Source: Octopus bimaculoides (lineage: Eukaryota). From it: 64,000 nt of DNA. Location of the stretch: assembly GCF_001194135.2 (NCBI RefSeq), contig NC_068991.1, positions 24,482,774-24,546,773 of the forward strand, given 5' to 3'. The notes under the pieces are model-generated. The model saw only the letters and a program-made list of their open reading frames with translations, had not been told where the DNA came from and made no database searches. A program made the position numbers and the translations under genes. This document shows positions 51,532 to 63,000 of this stretch, in pieces. Positions within the stretch are counted from its first letter, which is position 1. Each line of letters opens with the position of its first letter.

Positions 51532-54500
51532 CCCTAAAACTCGAGAACTACGCAACCAATTTCATTCAAATTTTACACATGCCTTACTTAGGGTTCCAGT
51601 TGTGTTTTAGTCAAAAAAAATTATTAACTTCTTGCAGAGTTCGAGCACACGGCAACATAATATCTCCTCCACTATTTAAGTATTACGTGTCAAAAGTGAA
51701 ACAAAAACACTCATGTCAAATACTTTCACTTTAAAAATGAAACTATTCCACTAACTGAAACAATCACATTTCGATACTGTAGTGACNNNNNNNNNNNNNN
51801 NNNNNNNNNNNNNNNNNNNNNNNNNNNNNNNNNNNNNNNNNNNNNNNNNNNNNNNNNNNNNNNNNNNNNNNNNNNNNNNNNNNNNNNNNNNNNNNNNNNN
51901 NNNNNNNNNNNNNNNNNNNNNNNNNNNNNNNNNNNNNNNNNNNNNNNNNNNNNNNNNNNNNNNNNNNNNNNNNNNNNNNNNNNNNNNNNNNNNNNNNNNN
52001 NNNNNNNNNNNNNNNNNNNNNNNNNNNNNNNNNNNNNNNNNNNNNNNNNNNNNNNNNNNNNNNNNNNNNNNNNNNNNNNNNNNNNNNNNNNNNNNNNNNN
52101 NNNNNNNNNNNNNNNNNNNNNNNNNNNNNNNNNNNNNNNNNNNNNNNNNNNNNNNNNNNNNNNNNNNNNNNNNNNNNNNNNNNNNNNNNNNNNNNNNNNN
52201 NNNNNNNNNNNNNNNNNNNNNNNNNNNNNNNNNNNNNNNNNNNNNNNNNNNNNNNNNNNNNNNNNNNNNNNNNNNNNNNNNNNNNNNNNNNNNNNNNNNN
52301 NNNNNNNNNNNNNNNNNNNNNNNNNNNNNNNNNNNNNNNNNNNNNNNNNNNNNNNNNNNNNNNNNNNNNNNNNNNNNNNNNNNNNNNNNNNNNNNNNNNN
52401 NNNNNNNNNNNNNNNNNNNNNNNNNNNNNNNNNNNNNNNNNNNNNNNNNNNNNNNNNNNNNNNNNNNNGCCCTGCTTCTCACATGGACAACTGTATGTTG
52501 GCTGCTCAAGAGTGGGCAGCAACAAAAAACCTATTTGTATATGCTCCACAAGGGAAAACAAGGAACATAGTTTACAATGAGGTGTTATAATCACAACAGC
52601 AAGAAAGTATGTACATGATCACCTTCTTTTATGAAACTTCATTGACTTTCATATATTTATATTGATATACATATATATACGTGTGTTTGGGTGCGTGTGT
52701 GTATATACATCTCTATATATAAAGATGATGCGTAGTCTAGACGGCGTTTTTAGATTTCATTATTCTCTTTAACCCGGGCAACGCCGGGTATTTCTGCTAG
52801 TAATAAAAAAAAAATGAAAGAAAAAGTCAAAATAAGCTGCTGTTAATACCTTGATAAATTTACGATCTTGTTCACTTGTCAAACTTAAACCTTCTTGCTT
52901 ATTTTCATAAAACAAGATCTGGTTTATGGTCCTTAGAATAATACTGATGTCATTTCCATAGAGGTTTTTTGCTGATGCTGCTGACTCTGCTAACTGAAGC
53001 ATCAATGTTTTTGATACATAGGTGTTGATTTTCAGAGAACCTCTTTCAATTTGCTGAATCTGGAGAAAAGAATTAGAAGAAACAAAAGAGTTTAAATATA
53101 TTAAAAAATAAAAGCTATGAAGTTCAATTCACAAGATATAAAAGCTTCAGAATTTGATTTCATCCAATAAAGCAGAATTTAATAATTATGAATTCAAACC
53201 TCATCAGAAGAGGACAGGTAGGTGAAAAAGCCAAAATGAAGTTCCTCCAAAGGATCCCTGAAGTAATGTTACTCAACAGAGTGTATAGCTTGGAGATCAG
53301 GGATTCTTCCCCATATTGGTTTCAAAATTTAGCTCAAGGCCAGCAACTTAGGAGAAGTGAGTAATTTGATTACATTAATCCCAGTACTCAACTCAATTTT
53401 ATCAGCCCCCAAAAGTTGACCTTGGCAGAATTTGAACTCAAAATGTAAACATGAACAAATGCCACTAAGCATTTTGCCCAGTGTGCTTACAATTCTGTCA
53501 GCTCACTACTTTCCTACTTCTCCATATTGAGAGCATAGCTCTGGTACTACAAGTGATTAAAATGGCAACCAGCAGGAGACCTAAGAGTAGACCAAAAACA
53601 AGATGGCTAGATAATATCTATAGTCCCAATTGGTCACATTTGGGAATCTAGCCAGAAATTCAAATGACAGTTGCTTTTTATAGGACCCTATGGAGGAGAT
53701 GCATGAGGATTCTACTCCCACAACACCCACTGAATTCAAATCTAATTGAAAGCATTGTGTTGTAACCTTAGATTAGGCACATTAATTTATCTATCAAAAT
53801 ACAAAATCCCTCATACTTTACAACTGACAAGCATACTGAACAACTAATGTTAAGAAAAACATTGTCATAGAAATATTTGCTCTGATAATTCATATTTTAA
53901 TGATAGAATTTTCAGGACCATTCAACTTTAAAGTCACTGAACCATAAGAATGTTAAATAACAGAATAAAATAATTATCATTTCCTTTATTAATTTCTTCA
54001 AAAGACTGAGATGACTTTTAACTGGACATTTTGATTCATGTATTACCATCTATTATTGGTTTCAAATAATGGCACAAAACCAGCAATTTTGGGGGAGGAG
54101 GAAGTTGATTACATTAATCCTAGTGTTCAACTGGTACTTACTGATGCCAAAAGGGGTGAAAGACAAAGTTGACCTTGGCAGAATTTCAACTTTGCCTTCC
54201 ATCTCTTTCAGGTTCAATAAAATAAGTACCAGTTGACTGTCTAATATTGATTTTTGACATGAAACCAATGGTAGTCTTAACCTATAAATAAAGTATATAG
54301 TTGAAAAAAGATTAGAGATCTATACAAATTAAATTTTTATATATAAAAAAGACGGAGGTGGAAATAGCACAGAAGTAAACCTAAGACATTTCAATTTAAT
54401 AAAAATGATTTTTAAAATGATATAAAGAAAATATTACCGGTTTCGATGATGAATCTCATCTCATCAAGTATCAATAAAAATTTATAAAAATTTGAAGTAA

Positions 54501-56998
54501 AAACAGTTTATTTTTAGTCTGGGGGTCAAAAACACCTCTGGAGATTTTTCATTGAAGTTTTCTTTAAATATAGTTTGGTATAGAGTTCAGAGTGTTAGAG
54601 AGTAAGAGAGGGGTGTGTAGTTGTCTATTGTTTAAAAGAAATCTTTATGGGTTCCTGCCAAGGGAGTGGCTTAAAAGCACAAATATTTCTTTTAGACAAT
54701 AGACAACTACACACCCCTCTCTTACTCTCTAACACTTCAAAGTGTTAGAGGGTAAGAGAGTGTTAGAGAGTAAGAGAGTTAGAGAGTGTTAGAGAGTATA
54801 CCAAACTATATTTAAAGAAGACTTCAATGAAAAATCTCCAGACATGTTTTTGACCCCCAGACAGAAGATAAACTGTTTTTACTTCAAATTTTTATAAATT
54901 CATTGAAACCGGTAATCTTTTCTTTATATAATTTTTAAAATCATTTTTATTAAATTCCTTCTTATATTGAAATATCTTAGATTTACTTCTGTGCTATTTC
55001 CACCTTGAAATCATTCAATTTACTACTTTATATAAATGCGGAGTAGATAAAACAGGGAACAACTGATGAAGGGATTGTTCTTTATGTTACCTGTCTCATT
55101 TCTCTATTTGTTTCTTTTGTTGTCCGAAAAAAAGTTCGTTTTCCATGTTTTTGTTGTTTTTTTGTTTTCATTTTTCATTTTGTTCATGTTTTTTTGATGT
55201 CCTGTACCCATATATGCATGTATATATATACATATATATGTAGGTATGTATGTATATATGCATATATATATTATTTTTATATATATGTATATATGTACAT
55301 ATATATAGTATGATGTTTAGTAGCTAGTATTTTATCCCTTTAGAGTGGATAAAAAATATAAGCAAGTTAGTCACATACTAGAATAATTACTCAAAGCCAG
55401 ACAATACCTAATATATGAAGTTTAAAGTCAGTGCCATCGGCTGATTTGATTAAAGTTGAGATATGCCATTTATCAGCACCAGAAACAGAAGCAAAAGCAG
55501 CAACAACGGATTGGATAGCAACATTATCGCTAAATCATTGGATTGTTACGATAAGACTACAATTTTGTAATAAAACAGCCAGAGTAAAATTTATTTGAAA
55601 TCATTCAATTTACTACTTTATATAAAACAGCTGTAAGACAACTTAATTATAACTGCAAACAGTGAATTAAAACCCAAAACTGTGTTAGATAATTAAAACA
55701 GGAACAGAACTTTGGAGGTTACTAATTAAAGTTTAAGTTTAGACAGTCAAGAAACCTGAAGTAAATAGTTTGGCCCTACTTTTAAAAAAAACCTGTTATA
55801 AAGTCAATAATTGCTTTATTATTATTCATATATATATACTTCAGTTCTTTAATTTGTTGAGGCTTCTAACCATACCAGAACTTTAAAAAAATTTTTTTGA
55901 TGATTTCTATTCTATTTCAGATTTTGAATTTTAACACCATTCCTTCTTTATCACATCATATAACATTCATTTCTAATGCATACCTGGTTTTGTATTTTCA
56001 CGAATTCTTTGCTGGTGCAATTGAAAAGGTCTGGAGCAAGCCAGCTTTGTAATTTGGTACAGTTGCGTTTAGCATCACCTGAAATATAAAGTTACTCAGA
56101 ATGTAAATTGCTTGCTCTTTCTGGGGTTTTTTTTTTTTTAACTGATATTCATTGCAAGAGATATTAGTAAGTTAGAAATCAATAAATAAGACATATAAAC
56201 TTGAGCACAGTTATTCTATTGGTTAATGATCTTCATTACTATCATCAACCGATTCTCCAGAGCTTCAATTGGGTGCAACATGCCATGTTCTTCATAATTC
56301 AGTTTATACATGATAGAATGTGCAACGAGGCCCTGAATCATACAAAAAAGTAAGATATCTTATGTGCTTGATCTATAACATAATCATCTACATGAAGAGA
56401 ATACTTTGGCTACTTGGCAGCCACAACTTGCTTCAGAAACACTCAATCAAAGGAAACAATCTCATAATAATATCAAACATCAACAAATAAAAATAAAATC
56501 AGTTTCTTCATAGATATTTCTTCAGATCTTGATGTTGCTCATAACCGCTAAGTTATGAGAGAATTTCCAGTTCACATGTACTAGAGATGAAGTTAAGAAA
56601 TATAAAAGCAACAACTTTTATATTTATGACGAGGAATTTAGTACTTTATAGAGTTAAATCAGTCATAGCTAAAACTGTATAGAAAGTTGTTTGCAATCAT
56701 ATTGTTGATAGAAAACCATGCATATAGCAAATTGAGATAACATTGCTAAGTTGAAAGTAGATAAATTACATATTTTTCATTCATTTGCTCATTCGTTTAA
56801 TATTCATTTCCCCTGTAGCCTAGATACTCTTCCCATCAACAACCCTTACTGGTCTTTTTAAGAAAGGGTCTTTGAAAATACAAACCAACTGGTCACAATG
56901 TCAGCAAAGAATGTAAACATTGTGGAATGAAACTGTGGAATGTGGACATTTGTGCACATATGCATATGTGCACACACTCGTTCACATACATACATGTT

Positions 56999-57029
<31 letters not shown>

Positions 57030-60000
57030 CTTCCACACAGTTTCTGCCTACCAAATACACTCACAAAGCATTGGTAGTCCTGAAGATATAGTAGAAACCA
57101 AGTGGGACAGAACCTGAAACCACAGAGTTGCAAAGTGAACTTTTTATCCCTCCTTGCTATGCTTGTGTGTGTGTGTGTGTGTGTGAAAACAAATAGATAG
57201 ACAGGCAGACAGATAGATAAGGCATGCCTGTGCCTATGTATATATACATATAAACACACACATACACAGAGTATAAAACAAAGTGAAGATAAATCAAGTA
57301 TATTTGGTAAAAAAATTAATTATTTGTATAAGAAAGTTAGGTGTATGGAAATGGACATCACAAATTGTATGAATATAAACTTATGTAGGAAGATGTTATA
57401 CAAGATATTTTAGTGTACATAAAGTTGAAACTGATTTATAAGTTAGGTGCAATATAAGTCCCATTTGATATGATTCAGGTGTATAAGAAGATTAAGCATA
57501 AACAATTTATATATACCGATTGCGCCTGTTGGACAATCTTGAACTGCAACTTCATTGATAAAAGTGCGATCCCACCACAAGCCTTTGGCATAACTTCTAG
57601 GGCACACGTCATAAACAACTGCAAGAAACAGATACAAAAATACATTGAGGATTCCAGTAAGGAAACTAGTAGCAAAAGAAAAAAAAATCTATCAAAAGAA
57701 GTGAGTGGGAGAGAGCCTGTAAGTAATTCTCAGATGAAACACAATACAGTTGAAATGTTTTATCAAAAACCTTTGTTGATTACACTTTGGTTGGTTTGGG
57801 AAAGGGGATTTGTTTCTTTTTTATAAGATAAACATAACATCTAAGGATTTCTTTAACCCTTTTGAAACCAACCTGCATGAGACCACCCCTGGGTCTGTGG
57901 TACAAACATCTTGTTTTCAAGAGTCTTGAATTAAAATCTTGCATTAGAACTTAGTGTTAGTTTATGATCTAAACACCAATTAATAATGACAAAGTTATTT
58001 TACTAAATTCTTCATTATTTTCAAAATTAATTGAAATAATGACAGAATATTTCAACAGAAATATGATAACAAAAGGGTTAATAGGTAGGAATTCTCAGTT
58101 TTCTGGAAGAGGAAGTCTGTGTTTAAATACTAGCAATATATGTGAAACACTTCCAACTCAGACAAATCTTTGATTATTGGTTTCCCACCTCACAATGACA
58201 CTGCTTAGCCCCAGATTAATCTTGATCAAGCAGACCTCTGGTTAAGGGAATTCTAGCCATGACCATTCAGTCTTATTTTCACACATAATATATCTAAGAG
58301 TACATCATTCAATATATCCTTCCTTTTTTAAGACAGAATTCTCATGAGTGGATTCAAAGTATGAGAGTGGGAATTGAGTCAACAGCATAGATGCAATGGC
58401 AAGTGGTGTCCTAGGCTGGTTGGAGGTAAACACATTGTGAAATAGTAAACTATCTGGTACAACTGAATATTAAAGTCAGAGTTATGACCACAGAAATGTA
58501 GAAGCAAAGGAATTCTGAGTAGGGGATTGTAGATCTGAAGAGAGTAGGCTGGGATGAGGTAAAATCAAGGTAGGAATGAGAATTGTTTTGTAAAAGAAAG
58601 ACATAGAGACACTGAGTTAGGCAATAGAAGCGGAGATGTCCAGAAAATTAACTGAAATCATAGAGATGATGGATGTGATATCTTGAGCAGGGGAGTGAAT
58701 TGACAAATGTGATGAAAGAGTGGAGTTGTACATGGACAAGGAAGGTAGTGCTGATAAAGTTACTTTTAACAACCATATAGTTCTGGGGTAGAACCAGCAA
58801 ACTGCATGAAGATTTGGGTCACATATACAACAAATAGGTTGGCATAGTTGGGAGCCATCCTGGTTCCCATGGCCATCCTAGTAAATTGCTGGTAGAAATT
58901 CTAGTAGACTGGTGAAGCAGTTGAGGTTGAGGGCAGATTCAGTGAAGTGGAATGGTGAGGCAGAGCTTGAGTGTAGGGCTAGAAGACTATCATAGTGGAT
59001 GACAATTTAGAGGGATAGAAAACAATATTATTCAAAGTAGTCTTTCTTTTTCAAGATGATAGAATGTGATTTGAAGGAAATTTGGCTGCTATTTCAAGAA
59101 GGTCAAACAACTACATAGAAGTCCTTTCACTGGTTTCAAGTAGGTTCTGAAATGCTATAAATAATGGCAGTACTATGGAGTTTGATAAGTGTATCATTGA
59201 CTTTTAGTGCTTAGTTCAATTTTATATGCTGGAAAATGTTACATAAAATAGGTTAATTTACTATCCAAGGAGATGTTTATTTCTCACCTGTTTTAACTGT
59301 TTTGATACCAACCTGCCTAAGACAACCCCTAGTTCTATTTTAATGTGTTCATATTTAAATGAAAACTGCCCATTATAATTTTTATGTAAGAATCTATGTT
59401 TTCAGTTAAGTTCTAAACATCAGCTTAAAAATGAAAATTTTAGTTATTTTACTAGATTATTACAGATACTTGATTATCCTTTAAATTAACTGAAAGAAAA
59501 AGGAAGTATATTGTTAGAAATATGGCCATAAAAGGATTAATGCTACAGAAAGCAAAATAAATAAATAAATAAATAAAATAAACATCAGCTATAAGGTTTC
59601 TTATAATTTAGGAAGGATTAACTTTTTAGTAATCTGCAGAACACCCCTATTTCTGGTGCTGCTACCACTGCAATTATGATTCTTCTCTCTCTCTTTATCA
59701 TTCTTGCAAGACTTAATGATACAGATACAATTAAAAAATAAATAATAAAGAAAGAAACTTACCTCGGCAACCTGATTCATGCACTTCTGCAAAGGGACTC
59801 AGGCAGCTGTCACATCTGCGACCAACCACTCCTTTTTTACAGTTGCACTGACCAGTGACAGGGTTACAAAAAAAACCTTTGGATCCAACATGGTAACAAT
59901 TGCAAGGAAAACATTGGTTTTCGTTTTTTGGTTTATAGTGGTTAGTCTGTAATTAAGATAAAATTTTTTTAAATAACTTCATAGTAGAAAATTGTGTAAC

Positions 60001-63000
60001 TGCTGCTGTAACACCCAAAAAGTACATAAAATTGGGGTAATAGCAAGACAATTTAATATAAATTTAAAAGCAAAAACGAAGACAGTAAACAATATATAGA
60101 AGATGACATGTATTGGAATTTTAATTTTTTTTCTTACTAACAATCAGTTCTGGTGAGTTAGACTTATAACACAGGGATATTCAATCAAATATCTAGCAGT
60201 GTATAAAACTCCATGCATATCATTGGTGATATATGGCACAGTGTGAAAGTCAGAGTGATTTGTATCTATTTAGTCATTCAATGGTTTATGCATAATTGAA
60301 TGATCTGATGGTTGCTTTAGGCTCCATTTCTTGAGACTCTTTGGAAACGTTGGCACGTCTCACATGATTTGGACTAATGGAATTATGTGAGAAGTATAGC
60401 TGAAAGAGTTTTCCAATCCCACAACTGTACATATTCATATATAATATACATGTATGATGTTCATCACTATTTATTAGCCACAAAATCCTAGAAAAAAGAA
60501 GTGTTTAGCCAGATTTATTATAACTGCTGTATAATAAACATTGAAAAGTTTACATATCCTCAAAACTATAAGCAAATTCAAAAGTTATCATCAACATCAT
60601 TGAAATTTATTGGTGTAGGTTGCAAAAGAGTATTTTCTGTAAAGTCAACCTATGACAAGTCAGCAATATGGAAGGGTATAAAAAAAACATAATGCGTTAC
60701 TTCCATTATACACCCCTTTAAATACATTGATCATCAAATACTTTCTATAATTTGATCAAAATGCTTATAGTGATGGCTCATTATAATAATTATAGTATTT
60801 CAGAAACAGAAGTATTTTTCTTTTTCAGCTTATATTCACATTTTCATAATGACTATACCATTGTATTATGAACTATTTGTTAATTTAAACTTCAGATTAA
60901 ATAATTCAAGTAGGATTTTGAATAATATAAGTATTACATTCTGGCCATCCAAACTGAAGGTTGGCAGCATGGAATGCATGTCTGCTAGTTGTTCCAAGCA
61001 TATAATATATTATCACAATCATAGAGAAATGTAACATTATTATAGGGATCTTAACTCTTCATTACATATCAGTTGGCTTGGATAATAGGTATAACTAACT
61101 TACTTTCAGTCATGCCATCATGAATATGTTGATGCACTTCCCTAGTGGAAATGGGTAACAATCAATTCTCTTGTATAATGCTCTTTTCTGATATTTAAGT
61201 TCTAAAAAATTTATGTATTATACTCAAATAAATATTTTATAAACAAACTTAGACGCACCAAGTGGGTTGGTATTCTACAGAAAATAAAGGAATTCTCAAA
61301 TGGAGATAGGCTGTGACAGCAGCTCTGAAAATTGGGCAAACACCCTTGCTGGCAGTAGCAACAGCAGCAACAGCAACAGCAACAACAACAACAACAGAAA
61401 CAACAGTAACAACTATAAAATACAAACTTTGCATGAACAGGCTCCTGTGGATTTGTTACAAACTGGGTTGAATCCCATTCTTTTGTTACAGTTGCATGGT
61501 CCACAAATAGGATATCCCCACCAAGATGCTGGACAAGGCTGAAGTAAGCTTATTTCACAGTAACGACCAAGTTGCAAATGACCGCATTCACAAGAGTAAG
61601 TAGTTTCGTGAGCAGTAGGACGATGGCATATACCCATGTTTTGACAAGGGTTGAAATTGTCACAGACATCAGTGCAATTGGAACCAATGCGACCTGGTTA
61701 GAAAAACAAAAATAATTTACAGCATAGATAGTCGTGTATATAGACTGGAAAAATGTGTAAAATGAAACCCTCCATCTCTATTCTTTTTCTTGTTGATAGA
61801 CACAAGTTTATAAATTCAAGCATTAATAAATATATTGCATATCATAAGAGGCAATTAAAAAAGTTGGTGACATTGCCAACACTATCTCAGAAAAACTGTC
61901 TAACCCAGAGGTTCTCAACCAGGGTCAATATGACCTTGAGGGACCATTAAAGATTTTATTGTTAAAATTTATGTGAAATAAATTGGTTACACTTCTACAA
62001 TACACAAAGTATTTTAACAACTTTTTAATACAATTTCTAGTAATATTTGATTATAAAAATATATGATTTTTAAACACTGAATGGCTACAGGGATCCAGTA
62101 GAATAAAATAGAATGAGCAGAATCAAAGATGGGACCAGATGCAAAAAATGATTGAGAAACACTGGTCTAACTTATACCTGTTTGGAAAAGCAGGTATAAA
62201 ACACTGACAATGATTCACATCAGAAGTTATAGGGAAGTGAATGCATTTTTAAAGCAGTGTTTTAAGGTTGAATATCTTTCCTCATATCATCCACTTTATC
62301 ATAGTGTTAAAAAAATGCTAAAATAGTACTTCTGAACAATACTGTCTTAAGTCCTAGGACTCACAAAGCCAGTTACCCAGTTTCTATGACCTGTAAGTGA
62401 CTGAGACCTCAACAATTCCCCACTGAACAGGACACCAGTCCACCACAGAATGACTCATATACAGCTCAGTGAACTGGAGCAGCATGAAATGAAGTATTTT
62501 TCTCAACAACACAATGCACCATCCAGTTAGGGAATTAAAAGTGCAATCTTGTGATTGAGAGTGCAACATCCTAACCACTAAGCCATACTTCTACACCTAT
62601 AAAAAAATGGAAATTATTGAAGTAAAGTGAGTTGCTCAATAATACAATACCAGGGGCAAAAATTGAGCTGAAACCTCAAAAACTATGAATTTAGAATTTA
62701 ACTACCAAATTCTTTAAAGAAATATTGATTACATATATAGGCACAGGTGTGGCTGTGTGGGAAGAAATTTGCTTCCCAATCACATGGATCTGAGTTCAGT
62801 CCCACTATGTAGCACCTTGTGCAAGTGTCTTCTATTATACACTTGGGCTGACCAAAGTTTTGTGAGTGGATTTGGTGGAGAGAAACTGAAAGAAACCCAT
62901 CATATATATATATGTGATTATATATGAATGTTTATGTGCATCTTTGTGTCTGTCTTTGTCCTGCATCACCACCTGATGTGGTGTTGGTTTGTTTTACTGA

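Larger units (their letters stand above)
612..52468. other. Assembly gaps (N runs) at 612-621, 4665-4745, 9499-9626, 19914-20122, 22544-22669, 39851-40179 and 51787-52468
   Basis: Runs of n in the sequence, most flanked by microsatellites; two lie in the 11.4-kb tail intron and could hide exons. Confidence 0.99.
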
